From: Deltaproteobacteria bacterium | Lineage (GTDB): Bacteria; Myxococcota; Kuafuiibacteriia; Kuafuiibacteriales; Kuafuiibacteriaceae | Length of the DNA stretch: 64,000 nt | Reading direction: 5' to 3' | NCBI GenBank assembly: GCA_040218735.1 | Contig: JAVJQW010000038.1 | Coordinates: 96,001 to 160,000, forward strand | In this document: positions 1 through 12,015 of the stretch, piece by piece | How positions within the stretch are numbered: position 1 is the stretch's first letter | Layout of the letters: every line of letters starts with the position of its first letter | Notes under the pieces: model-generated | Databases searched by the model: none | Seen by the model: the letters and a program-made list of their open reading frames with translations, nothing else | Told to the model about the DNA's origin: nothing | Made by a program: the position numbers and the translations under genes

Positions 1-1449
1 CGCGACGAGCGAGCCGACCTCACTCGCGCGACCGACACAGGGCGTCTGGCGACCGAGGATCTTGCGCTCGGCGTGTAGCGCATCGCGCTCGCCGATCAAC
101 ACGTGGCCCGCGAGCGTGCAGAAGATCTCGAAGCGCCCCTCCAGCAGCCCGAAGCTCGACGGATCCAACATGATCGCCGGCCCCAGATCCGCGTGCGCCT
201 GGACGACCTCCAGCAGCCGCACGGCACGGTCGACCACCTCGCCGCTCGACACGCCGTCGGACGTCGCGCCGCGCCCGGTGGCGAGCACGATCGCCGCCGC
301 CGGGAACTGCCGACGCAGCTCGAGCGCACACCGCGCGCCCCGGTGGACCTGGTCCGTCGCGGCGGCGCCGACCTCGAACGTTGCGAGCAACGCCCCGCCG
401 AACAGCACCTCGAAGCGACCGCCCAGCGACTCCACCGCGACGCGTGCGTCGTCGGCGCCGTTGGCTACGTAGCGCCCTGGCGTTGTCACCGGGCGGCTCT
501 CGCGTGTCTCGTCGTCCGGGCCGGCCATCCCCGCGCGGTGGGGCGGGACGAGGTCCGTGACGAGAACGACAGACATCGACCGCTGCTCGGCCGACGTGAG
601 GGTGGGCGTCGCGGTGGGCGCAGAGGCGAAGTCACCGAGCTCGTCGATCTCGGCCGCGACCGCGCGCCCGTCCGCTGGGCGATCGGCGGGGCCCTTCGCC
701 ATCATCCGGTGCACGAGCGCGTCGACGTTCTCGGGGACGTTCGGCACCCGCTCGGCGAGGCGCGGGGTGCGGTCGAGGACCGACTTCACGAGCGCCGCGA
801 CGAAGTGCTCGCTCGCGAAGGGGCCGCGTCCGGCGATCAGCTCGAAGACCACGCAGCCGAGCGCGTAGACGTCGGCGCGTGCGTCGACCTCGCCGCCGGC
901 GCGCGCCTGTTCGGGCGGCATGTACCCGGGCGTGCCGATCGCGACACCGGTCTGCGTGAGCGCGATGGTTGCGTCGCGGGCCGCCGCGACACCGAAGTCG
1001 AGGACCTTCGCCCGCTCGACGTCGTCGCCGACGAGGAAGATGTTGCTGGGTTTGAGGTCGCGGTGAACGACGCCCGCGGCGTGGGCCGAGCCCACCGCGT
1101 CCGCGACCGCGCGCACCACCGCGAGCGCGTCGGCGACCGAGAGCGGGCCGTCGGCGAGGCGCGCCGCGAGGTCGCGTCCTTCGAGCCACTCCATCGCGAG
1201 GAAGCGGCCGCCGAGGGGGGCATCGCCGTGCGCGACGTAACGGACGATGCCGGGGTGTTTCAGCTCGCCGAGCACGCGCGACTCCCGCGCGAAACGTGCG
1301 AGGAGCGCCGGCGCGACCGTGTCGATCAGCTTGAGCGCGACCGGCGCGCCCGTCGCCCGATCGTGGGCGCGGTAGACGGCGCCCATCCCGCCGCGCCCAG
1401 CGCGCGCCTGGATCTCGAAGCGCCCGTCGATGAGGGTGCCGACCTCCAC
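1..1449 (-). CDS. Ser/Thr protein kinase, probably fused to a downstream AAA/STAND ATPase (runs off the window start)
   Basis: Manual translation from GTG 1449: GRGGMGAVY, VALK, HRDLKPSN, DFG and GTPGYMPPEQ kinase motifs. Ends at the edge in ILGRQTPCVGRASE, typical of the entry to the ATPase domain in myxobacterial kinases. Confidence 0.9.
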   Translation of the reverse strand, partial: MEVGTLIDGRFEIQARAGRGGMGAVYRAHDRATGAPVALKLIDTVAPALLARFARESRVLGELKHPGIVRYVAHGDAPLGGRFLAMEWLEGRDLAARLADGPLSVADALAVVRAVADAVGSAHAAGVVHRDLKPSNIFLVGDDVERAKVLDFGVAAARDATIALTQTGVAIGTPGYMPPEQARAGGEVDARADVYALGCVVFELIAGRGPFASEHFVAALVKSVLDRTPRLAERVPNVPENVDALVHRMMAKGPADRPADGRAVAAEIDELGDFASAPTATPTLTSAEQRSMSVVLVTDLVPPHRAGMAGPDDETRESRPVTTPGRYVANGADDARVAVESLGGRFEVLFGGALLATFEVGAAATDQVHRGARCALELRRQFPAAAIVLATGRGATSDGVSSGEVVDRAVRLLEVVQAHADLGPAIMLDPSSFGLLEGRFEIFCTLAGHVLIGERDALHAERKILGRQTPCVGRASEVGSLVA

Positions 1450-1477
1450 TCGAAGGACGAGAGTAACGCGGTCGGCG

Positions 1478-2917
1478 CTACCAGGCGACGGGGCGGTAGT
1501 CCTTCAGAAACTGGCCCCACACGTGCTCCTGGGTGTTCATGCCGACGAAGATCGGGTCGCAGATGCGCGCGGCGCCGTCGACGATGTCGAGCGGCGGTGT
1601 GAACCCCTCCGCAGCCTTCCGCTCCGCGATCGCGGCCGGGTCCTCGTCGGTGACCCACCCGGTGTCGACGCTGTTCATGTGGATACCGTCCTTCAGGTAG
1701 TCGGGCGCCGAGGTGCGGGTCATCATGTTGAGCGCCGCCTTGGCCATGTTCGTGTGCGGGTGTTTGTCGGTCTTGAACACCCGATAGAACTGCCCCTCCA
1801 TCGCGGACACGTTGACGATGTGTTTGTCGCGCGACGCGACGCGCAGCATCGCGGGTTTGAGGCGGGCGTTCAGCACGAAGGGCGCGACGGCGTTCACGAG
1901 GAACACCTCGAACAACTCCACGGTCTCGATCTCGTCGAGCCGCAGGCGCCAGCTGTTCGCGTCGCGCAAGTCGACTTGCTGCAGGTCCTGGTCGAGCGCG
2001 CCGAGCGGGTAAGCCGAGGTCTCGAGGTCCTCCGGGAGGAGCGGCACCTGCGTGAGCATCGCCGAGGTCAACGCATCGGCGACCGGCGTCAGCGCTCGGG
2101 ACGCAACGGTCGCGGGGAGGGCCTCGGTGGTCTCACCCTCGATCAGGTGCCGATAGAAGCCGGCGGGGCGTCGCACCGTCTGGCACGCGTTGTTGAGGAG
2201 GAAGTCGAGCCGCGGCTCGCGCTCGAGGAAGGCGCGCGTGAAGCGCTCGACGCTCGGGGTGTGGCGGAGGTCCAGCCCGTAGATCGCGAGGCGGTCGTCC
2301 CACTCCGCGTGGTCGTCTTCGTGGGAGAAGCGCTCGGCGGCGTCGATCGGAAACCGCGTGGTCACGACGACGCGCGCGCCCGCGCGCAGGAGCTTGATCG
2401 CCGCCTGGTACCCGATCTTCACACGTCCGCCGGTGACGAGCGCGGTTCGACCCGACAGGTCCGCGGTCTGCGTGCGCTTGGCCCAGTTCAGCTCGGCGCA
2501 GGGCGGGCACATCTGGTCGTAGAAGAAGTGCACGCGGTCGAACGACGCCTTGCAGACGTAACAGCTCCGCGCCTGCTCGACCTGGGGCCCCTCCGTCGCG
2601 CCGTCGCCTAGGAGGTTCTCGGGGGGCGGCGTGAGGAAGATCGCGTCGCGCCGCTTCTTGCGGATGCCGGTCTGCTCCAGCGCGGCGGTGTCCTTCTCTC
2701 GCGCCGCAGCCCGGTCGCGTTTGCCGAGGGCCTTGCGGAGCTTGCGCTCGGCGCGCCGGTCCGGCGCGGACACGCGCCCCGCCGCCGCCATCAGGCGGAC
2801 GCGGACGTCCTTGTCGAGCCCCGCGAGCACGCCACGGTCCGCCTCGATGGCCTCCAACAGCCGCGCGGCTTCCTCCGCGCGGCGCCGCAGCTCGTCGTCC
2901 GACACCTCGGCGAGCAC
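1478..2917 (-). CDS. SDR-family oxidoreductase with N-terminal CxxC..CxxC motif
   Basis: TGGRVKIG, NNA, VNVSAMEG, HTNMAKAAL; CYVCK...MCPPC. Start uncertain (the ORF is open to 2995). Confidence 0.85.
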   Translation of the reverse strand: MLAEVSDDELRRRAEEAARLLEAIEADRGVLAGLDKDVRVRLMAAAGRVSAPDRRAERKLRKALGKRDRAAAREKDTAALEQTGIRKKRRDAIFLTPPPENLLGDGATEGPQVEQARSCYVCKASFDRVHFFYDQMCPPCAELNWAKRTQTADLSGRTALVTGGRVKIGYQAAIKLLRAGARVVVTTRFPIDAAERFSHEDDHAEWDDRLAIYGLDLRHTPSVERFTRAFLEREPRLDFLLNNACQTVRRPAGFYRHLIEGETTEALPATVASRALTPVADALTSAMLTQVPLLPEDLETSAYPLGALDQDLQQVDLRDANSWRLRLDEIETVELFEVFLVNAVAPFVLNARLKPAMLRVASRDKHIVNVSAMEGQFYRVFKTDKHPHTNMAKAALNMMTRTSAPDYLKDGIHMNSVDTGWVTDEDPAAIAERKAAEGFTPPLDIVDGAARICDPIFVGMNTQEHVWGQFLKDYRPVAW

Positions 2918-2985
2918 CTGTAGCGGGCGCGCTTCACTTTGCCAAAGATCGTTTCCGGACCCGGTGCGTTCGAGGTGCCCACACC

Positions 2986-5154
2986 ATGAAGCCACGCAGC
3001 ACCGCCGCCCTCACCACCGCCCTCGTCCTGGCCGCCTCCGGCCTCGCCGAGGCCTCCGACTACCGGGACGACACCTGTAAGGAGCTCGTCGTCTCGATGG
3101 CGCGCCAGGCCGTCCAGCAGCGCGTCGCGGCCACCATTCGGAGGACGCCCGAGGTCGAAGAGACCCGCTCGATCGCCGACACGTTCGTGCGGTCCGTGAC
3201 CGGGCGCTCCGCGGAGCCCAAACCCGCACCCCCGACCGCCGGAGCCTCCGCGGCGCCGCCTGCGCCGTCGGCCGACGCCCCGATGGACGCCGCGCCGCGT
3301 CGCGAGTCTCGCCGCGCCCCTTCGCGTCGCAGAGCGGACAGCGCCGACGCCAAGGCCAAGGGCCCCGCGAGTTACACGAAGACGAACACGCAGGAGCTCG
3401 AGGTCGACGAGGGTGACATCGTCAAGACGAACGGGCGCTACATCTTCCACATCACGTCGATGCACAACGCCGCGCCCGGCTACATGCGCAAGGAGCTCCG
3501 CATCTACCAGAGCTGGCCGGTCCGCACGCCGCGCCTCGTCGGCCGCTACGTCGTCCCGCCCCAGCTCGCGCACGGTGGCATCGAGCAGCTCTACATCCAC
3601 GACGGCCACGTCGCGATGATCGCCCGCGTCAGCGCGGCGCACGGCGCTCGCGGCGCGGACGAAGGCACCCGCCTCGGCACGGGCCAGATCGCGCTCGGCC
3701 GCAACCTCGTCTCGCGCGTGCTCGTCCTCGACGTTCGTAACCCTGCGAACCCCACGCTCGTCCGCCACGTCGACCTCGACGGCAACTTCCTCCAGTCGCG
3801 CATGATCGGCTCACGCCTGTACCTCGCGACGATCTCGCGGCCGCTCGGGCTGCCCGTTGCGCTGCACGACGACATCAACCGAACCACGCAGCGCCTCGCG
3901 CAGGAAGGCGTCGAAGCCATCCTCTCGGACCTCGGTGACCGCTGGGATGCCGGCACGATCGACATCGGCATCCCGCGTGTCCGTGAGGTCGCCGCCAACG
4001 CGCCGTCGCGCCCGATTTACGCGTGCAGCGACCTCCTCCACGACGCGTCGCAGCCGCACGCCTCCATCCTGAACCTCGCGCACGTCGACCTCGCGAACAC
4101 CACGCCGACCAACGGTGCGGGCATGAACGGCTACCTCAGCGCGTCGCAGCTGTACGCGTCGGAGGGGGCCTTCTACGTCGCGTCGCCGCACGGTGCACAG
4201 TCGTTCATTCGCAAGTTCGAGATCGGTCGCGCCGGCAAGCCGAGCTTCGTCGCCGAAGGCAAGGTGCCGGGCGCGCTCCTCAACCAGTTCGCCATGAGTG
4301 AGTTCGGCGGCCACCTCCGCGTCGCGACCAGCGTCAACTGGCAGAACAACGGTGTCTACGTCCTGCGGCAGCGCGGTGAGCGCCTCGAGCAGGTTGGCGC
4401 GGTCAGCGGCCTCGCGCCTGGCGAGCGCATCTTCGCGGTCCGTATGATGGGCCCGAAGGGGTACGTGGTGACGTTCCGTCGCACCGACCCGCTCTACACG
4501 ATCGACCTGTCGAACCCGCAGTTCCCGCGCGTCGTCGGTGCGCTGAAGATCGAAGGTTTCTCGAACTACCTGCATCCGCTCGGCGATGGTCACCTGCTCG
4601 CCGTCGGCCAGGACGCGGACGCGCGCGGTCGCTCCCTCGGCTTCCACCTGCAGATCTTCGACGTGAGCGACATGACCAACCCGCGCCGCGTGCACCACGA
4701 AAAACTCGACGCCGGGTCGATGAGCTCCAGCCAGTCCGACCACCACGCGTTCATGTTCGAGCCCGAGACGAACACGCTCGCCATCCCGTGGAAGGGCAGG
4801 AACTACTACGGCCTCGTCGCGTACCGCGTCGACGCAAAGCGTGGGTTCTCGTCGCTCGGTCGTGTGAACCACGCGCTCATGTACAAGCGTTACTTCCGCA
4901 ACGTCTGCCGCGGAAGCGAGCAGACCGAGTGTGGGAACCGCAACTATTGGTGGCGCTTCTTCAACGCCAACGACCTCGACGTGGATCGGGTCGTCGCCAT
5001 CGATGGGCACTTGTTCTCGATGAGCCGCAGCGGGCTGATGGTCCACGCCGTCGGGCGCAAGCTGCGCCAGCGTGCTTCGGTTTTGGTGAAGGAGCCGGCC
5101 TGGCGGCCGAGCGACACGTCGGGCGCGACGGTGGCTACTGGGCCTCGATGGTGA
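2986..5154 (+). CDS. secreted beta-propeller domain protein (Beta_propel-like)
   Basis: Signal peptide; YTKTNTQELEVDEGDIVKTNG, LNQFAMSE, ERIFAVR, TFRRTDPL and GFSNYLHP motifs. Confidence 0.85.
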   Translation: MKPRSTAALTTALVLAASGLAEASDYRDDTCKELVVSMARQAVQQRVAATIRRTPEVEETRSIADTFVRSVTGRSAEPKPAPPTAGASAAPPAPSADAPMDAAPRRESRRAPSRRRADSADAKAKGPASYTKTNTQELEVDEGDIVKTNGRYIFHITSMHNAAPGYMRKELRIYQSWPVRTPRLVGRYVVPPQLAHGGIEQLYIHDGHVAMIARVSAAHGARGADEGTRLGTGQIALGRNLVSRVLVLDVRNPANPTLVRHVDLDGNFLQSRMIGSRLYLATISRPLGLPVALHDDINRTTQRLAQEGVEAILSDLGDRWDAGTIDIGIPRVREVAANAPSRPIYACSDLLHDASQPHASILNLAHVDLANTTPTNGAGMNGYLSASQLYASEGAFYVASPHGAQSFIRKFEIGRAGKPSFVAEGKVPGALLNQFAMSEFGGHLRVATSVNWQNNGVYVLRQRGERLEQVGAVSGLAPGERIFAVRMMGPKGYVVTFRRTDPLYTIDLSNPQFPRVVGALKIEGFSNYLHPLGDGHLLAVGQDADARGRSLGFHLQIFDVSDMTNPRRVHHEKLDAGSMSSSQSDHHAFMFEPETNTLAIPWKGRNYYGLVAYRVDAKRGFSSLGRVNHALMYKRYFRNVCRGSEQTECGNRNYWWRFFNANDLDVDRVVAIDGHLFSMSRSGLMVHAVGRKLRQRASVLVKEPAWRPSDTSGATVATGPRW

Positions 5155-5575
5155 AGGTCTTCAGGGCGGTCGCCCCGTCCAGGACCTTGAACTCCCACTT
5201 GCCTTCCTTCTTGAGTGTGAACGCGCGCCACGTCCGGGTGCGCAACCCCTGACCCTTGATCTTGACGTCCTTCGTGGCGCGCACGACGCCCTCGTGCACG
5301 GCCTGGATCATGAGCTCCTTCTCGTCGCCCTTCGGCACGAGGTAGGTCAGGTGTACGTTCACGGTCTCGCCCTTGCTCGCGTCCGCGCCGAAGGCCTCGT
5401 TGCAGTCGAACTTCTTCTCCTTGTTCTTCTTCTCGACGTCCTTGCAGAGCACCCCCTCCACGAGGACGGGGGCTTGGCCTTGCCCGTGGTAGAAGAAGTC
5501 GATCACCGACTTGGCGGCGTCGGGCGTCGGAGGCGCGGCGGTGAGGGTGAGTGCGATCAGCGTAGCGGTCAGCAT
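5135..5575 (-). CDS. secreted hypothetical protein (DUF2914-like)
   Basis: Signal peptide; C-terminal RTRTW...GKWEFKV beta-rich domain. Confidence 0.6.
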   Translation of the reverse strand: MLTATLIALTLTAAPPTPDAAKSVIDFFYHGQGQAPVLVEGVLCKDVEKKNKEKKFDCNEAFGADASKGETVNVHLTYLVPKGDEKELMIQAVHEGVVRATKDVKIKGQGLRTRTWRAFTLKKEGKWEFKVLDGATALKTFTIEAQ

Positions 5576-5658
5576 GGGCGCCGAGTCGAACCCAATCTGC
5601 GCCCGCGATCAAATCACGTCGTGGACCGCTCGCAGGCGGGCGTGGCAAGTGTGGGTGC

Positions 5659-6024
5659 GTGCAAGCGATCAACCTGCGTGAAAAGCTCGCGAAGTTCGAC
5701 GACGTCTATCACCCGCGCGTCGTCGCTGCGCTGAACGGCCAGCTGGTGAAGGTCGTCAAGGTGGAGGGGGCGTTCCCGTGGCACAGCCACGCCGACGAAG
5801 ACGAGCTGTTCTGGGTCCTCGACGGGGAGATGGACCTAGAGTTCCGCGATCACGTCGTGCACCTCGGACCGGGGGAGCTGTGTGTCGTGCCGCGCGGCGT
5901 CGAGCACCGTCCGAACGCAAAGACGCGCGCGAGCGTGGTGTTGTTCGAGCCGGCCTCGGTGCGCAGCACGGGCGAGGTCGACCACGAACACACCGTCGAG
6001 GTCGACGACCTGGAGTGGGTATGA
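5659..6024 (+). CDS. cupin domain protein
   Basis: FPWHSHADEDELF and VVPRGVEHRP cupin motifs. Confidence 0.9.
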   Translation: MQAINLREKLAKFDDVYHPRVVAALNGQLVKVVKVEGAFPWHSHADEDELFWVLDGEMDLEFRDHVVHLGPGELCVVPRGVEHRPNAKTRASVVLFEPASVRSTGEVDHEHTVEVDDLEWV

Positions 6025-6566
6025 GCGTCCCGAAGTGGCTGCAGGCCGCACGGGATCAGTGGAAGAACCGCGGGCGGTCGCGCCCATCGTTCGCGGTCGA
6101 GCCCGGACCGGATCAGGAGTCGGTCTGGGACTACCCACGGCCGCCGGCGGTCGTTGCCGACCAGCGCCCCGTCGAAGTCTTCGCGCCGGACGGTGCGCGC
6201 ATCGCGCGCGCGGAGGCGACCGTGCGGGTCCTCGAGACCTCACACCCGCCGACGTTCTACCTACCGCCGGAGTCGTTCGTCGACGGCGCGCTCACCGTGG
6301 TGCCGGGTTCGAGTCACTGCGAGTGGAAGGGCGAGGCCGAGTACGTCGCGCTCGCGGGCACGACGAAGATGGTGGGTTGGCGTTATCCGAAGCCGTACCC
6401 AGAGTTCGCGGCGCACGCCGGGTGGGTTTGTTTCTACCCGGGGCGCATCGATTGTTTCGTCGACGGTGAGAAGGTCCGTCCGCAGCCGGGAGGGTTCTAC
6501 GGCGGTTGGATCACGGACGACGTGGTCGGCCCGTTCAAGGGCGAGCCAGGGACCGGCGGCTGGTAG
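6021..6566 (+). CDS. DUF427 domain protein
   Basis: ESVWDYPRPP, ETSHPPTFY, SHCEWKG, GGFYGGWIT; ATG overlaps the cupin stop (ATGA). Confidence 0.85.
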   Translation: MSVPKWLQAARDQWKNRGRSRPSFAVEPGPDQESVWDYPRPPAVVADQRPVEVFAPDGARIARAEATVRVLETSHPPTFYLPPESFVDGALTVVPGSSHCEWKGEAEYVALAGTTKMVGWRYPKPYPEFAAHAGWVCFYPGRIDCFVDGEKVRPQPGGFYGGWITDDVVGPFKGEPGTGGW

Positions 6567-6650
6567 AGCGGCGCACGTTACGCCGCGGTGACGTCACCCC
6601 GAGATGTTCCAGGCTGATGCGTCGGCACGCCCGAAGCATGAGTCGAGGGC

Positions 6651-6878
6651 ATGCGATACGCACTCTTCATCATCGGGTTCGGTCTCGTTCTCGTCGGAGG
6701 CGCGATTGGCTACGTGGGTGACATGCCCATCAACAACCCGGCCTACACGTCCCTGTCGTTGATGGCCATCGGCGGCGTGATGCTCGCGTTCGGGGTCGCG
6801 GTCCTGCTCCTCACCGGGGCGGTCGGGAGCTCGGACGAGGACGGAAGCGGCAAGCCCGAGGGCTTCATTCGGCCGTAG
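6651..6878 (+). CDS. small two-helix membrane protein
   Basis: 75 aa with two hydrophobic segments; GAGG RBS-like upstream. Confidence 0.6.
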   Translation: MRYALFIIGFGLVLVGGAIGYVGDMPINNPAYTSLSLMAIGGVMLAFGVAVLLLTGAVGSSDEDGSGKPEGFIRP

Positions 6879-7802
6879 TCGACGCGGCGCGGACTGCCTC
6901 GTCGAGGTCGGGGAACACGCGCCCGATCTTGCGGACGAGGTAGTCACCGTACGTGCCCTCGAACGCACGCACGCTCTCCTGATCCCAGCGCGTGTGTTCG
7001 TCGTCGAGGACGGCGGTCCCGGGCAGCGGCTCGATCACCGCGTCGAGCGACGGGTCGAAGAAGAACGGGAACGACAACCGCGATCGGCTCGACGGGTTCT
7101 GCACGCGGTGCAGCGTCGAGCGGTACAGCCCGCCGGTGAGTCGGTCGAGCATGTCGCCGAGGTTCACGACGAACGTCCCGGGGATCGGCGGCGCCGCGAT
7201 CCAACCGTCGGGGCCCTTCACCTCGAGCCCGCCGACGTCGTCCTGCAGGAGGATCGTCAACAGTCCGTAGTCCGCGTGCGCGCCGACGCTCCACGCATTG
7301 GGCCGCGGCAGCGGCGGGTAGTGGAAGATGCGGAAGAGGATCAGCGGGTCGTCCGTGTACCGCGCGCGGAAGTAGTCGCGCGGAAGCGACAGCGACGCCG
7401 CGATGTTGGCCGTCAGCCGGTGCCCGAGCTTGGTCATGGCGTCGACGTACGCGAGCACCACGTCGCGCATCGTCTCGGACGCGAACAGGTTGGGCCCCAC
7501 GAGCCGCCGCCCGTCCGCCTCGCGCTCCGCGCCGAAGTAGAGGCCTTCCTTTTCGTCCGGAACGCCCGACGTCAGCTCGCCGTGCAGCGGGAAGTAGCCT
7601 CGCCACGCGCGGCCGCCCTTCGCCATGGCGATCGCCATCTTCTCTTCGACGGGCCGCGCGAAGAACGCGCGTGCGACGGCGTCGAGCTCCGTGAGGAGCC
7701 CGGCGTCGATGTCGCTTCGAACGTAGAAGAATCCGAACCGCCGACACGCCTCGCCGATGCGCTCCGCGGCATCGGCGTCGGACAGGTCGACGACGGGGAG
7801 CA

Positions 7803-7803
<1 letters not shown>
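6865..7803 (-). CDS. isopenicillin N synthase family 2OG-Fe(II) oxygenase
   Basis: LPVVDL, GFFY, HADYG (HxD), LHRV, RLS motifs. Confidence 0.9.
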
Positions 7804-10199
<2,396 letters not shown>

Positions 10200-10242
10200 A
10201 GGCCGCGGATCGTGGCACCCGCGGGCGACGCGCGCAACGCGA

Positions 10243-10560
10243 TTACTCGGTGAACTCGAAGGTGAAGGTGAGGACGTGTCCCTTGTTCACCTTCACGTCC
10301 ATCTCGGTCTCGTCGCCGCCTTTCACGAGGCGGACCGTGTGCATACCCGGGCGCGTGCGGGTTTGTTTGAGGTCCCCGGCCTTCCCGAGCTTCTTGCCGT
10401 CCATGTAGATCTCCACCTCGGCGGGCTGGACCTTCCACGCGATGGCCGTCTCGACCTTCGCCCGCTTCTTGACGGGTTCGGGCGTCGGGGCCGCGTACGG
10501 GGCCCACGCGGTCGAGAGCGCGAACAGGGTGAGGGCGAGCAGGGGGATCAAGCGCCGCAT
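10243..10560 (-). CDS. secreted PEGA-domain protein
   Basis: Signal peptide; [14 protein letters not shown]...[10 protein letters not shown]. Confidence 0.7.
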   Translation of the reverse strand: MRRLIPLLALTLFALSTAWAPYAAPTPEPVKKRAKVETAIAWKVQPAEVEIYMDGKKLGKAGDLKQTRTRPGMHTVRLVKGGDETEMDVKVNKGHVLTFTFEFTE

Positions 10561-10595
10561 GCGCCGAGCATGGTGAATCGGCACGAACTTGGCAA
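10561..10595 (-). promoter_or_regulatory. sigma70-like promoter, putatively leaderless, for the PEGA gene
   Basis: TTGCCA-17nt-CATGCT-6nt-ATG on the minus strand; no SD. Confidence 0.5.
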
Positions 10596-10648
10596 TTCGG
10601 ACGTCTGACGGGCCGTCGACACCGCCGGGCGAACCCCCGGCGACTGTG

Positions 10649-11995
10649 TCATTCGGAGATATCGGGGAGGACGGCGAGGACGTCGAGGCCCGTCTGCTCC
10701 TCGAACTCCTTGGCGTCGAGGAAGCGCTGCCGGAAGGCCTCCCGGAGGAACGCCAGGAACAGCCCGATCATCGCCGTCACCGCCATCCCGGTCATCAGGA
10801 AGAGGTTCCGCTCCGGCTTCGCCGGCAGCTCGGGGATACGAGGGACGTCGACCAGCGAGAAGTTGTCCGTGAAGTTCGAGGACCCCATCACGCGGTCCTG
10901 CTCCGTCTTCACCTTCCGCTCCTTGAGGGCCCGCAGCTGCGACTCGTACTGCGCGGCCTCCAGGCTGACCTCCGCCCACTGCTGCTGTAGGCGCGGCTTC
11001 CGGATCGCGCGCTTTTCGATGTCGATCTTCTGTTTGTGCAGCGACTCGATCTTTGCCTTCGCCGCCGCGACGCAGTCCGCCTGCGACATGCCCGGCTTCA
11101 GCCCGGACATCGACTCGTCCTGCTCCTTTTCACACTGGCGCTCCGCCTTCTCGACGCGGTCGTTCATCGCGAGCACCGAGGGGTGCTGCGGCGTGTACTG
11201 CGTGAGGAGCTTCTGCTCTTCGGCGCGCAGGCGCGCGAGGGCCTGGCACTTCGGCCCGTTGGTCGGGCGCCGCGCGGTGACGGGCTTCGGGCCGCCGTAA
11301 CACGCGCGAAGGTTCTGCTCGGCGCGGGTGATCTTCGCCTGCAGGGCGCCCATCGGGGAGCCGTCGTCGATGAAGAGGTCCTGGTTCTTGATCGCGATGG
11401 TCGGGTGTTTGGCCTTGAACTCGTACAGCTTGCCGCGGGCGTCCTCGACCTTGGGCATCAGCTCGCTGATCGCGCGGTTGAGGGCGTCGATCTGCCGGTC
11501 GTACGGCGCGTAGAGCAGGCGCTCGAACGTCGACAGCACCCGCTCGACCACGAACGCGACGACGCGCTGCGCTTCGCGTGGGTTGCGGGACTCGAAGATG
11601 ACCTCGATCTGCCCCTGGCTGTTCTTGATGATCAGCTCACGACGCATCCGCCGCAGCGAGATCGTGTACGGCATGTTCGCGCGTGTGCTGGGGAAGAGGT
11701 CGAGCTCGTTGATGATGAGCATCATCTCTTCGTTCGAGTTGAGGTTGCGCATGCCGCGGTTGACGAACTTCCGTGAGAAGTCCGCGTCCATGCCTTCGGT
11801 GCGCACCGTGATCGAGCCGTACGACGCGTAGATCTTCGGCTCCGTCTTGTACTTGTAGACGGTGATGCCGGCGCCGATGATCGCGACGAGCACGAGCAGC
11901 AGCTTCTGCCGCATCAGTACGCGCTGAACGAGGATGAAGGGGTCGATCTGGAGCCGGATGCTACCCAGCTCAATCTCCTTGCCCTTTTTCGCCAT
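10649..11995 (-). CDS. Wzc/GumC-like polysaccharide co-polymerase (no fused kinase domain)
   Basis: N-terminal TM, coiled coils, YTPQHPSV, C-terminal P-rich segment plus TM, ends EEQTGLDVLAVLP. Confidence 0.8.
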   Translation of the reverse strand: MAKKGKEIELGSIRLQIDPFILVQRVLMRQKLLLVLVAIIGAGITVYKYKTEPKIYASYGSITVRTEGMDADFSRKFVNRGMRNLNSNEEMMLIINELDLFPSTRANMPYTISLRRMRRELIIKNSQGQIEVIFESRNPREAQRVVAFVVERVLSTFERLLYAPYDRQIDALNRAISELMPKVEDARGKLYEFKAKHPTIAIKNQDLFIDDGSPMGALQAKITRAEQNLRACYGGPKPVTARRPTNGPKCQALARLRAEEQKLLTQYTPQHPSVLAMNDRVEKAERQCEKEQDESMSGLKPGMSQADCVAAAKAKIESLHKQKIDIEKRAIRKPRLQQQWAEVSLEAAQYESQLRALKERKVKTEQDRVMGSSNFTDNFSLVDVPRIPELPAKPERNLFLMTGMAVTAMIGLFLAFLREAFRQRFLDAKEFEEQTGLDVLAVLPDISE

Positions 11996-12015
11996 CCCCC
12001 TCCACATACCACCAA

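Noticed and set aside
10579-10594. Sigma54-like CGGCACGAACTTGGCA on the + strand
   Set aside because: It points antisense into the wzc-like gene; the same bases fit a minus-strand sigma70 promoter better.
10623-10642. Small hairpin CGCCGGG...CCCGGCG after the wzc-like stop
   Set aside because: A 7-bp GC stem with no U-tract is too common at this GC content to call a terminator.
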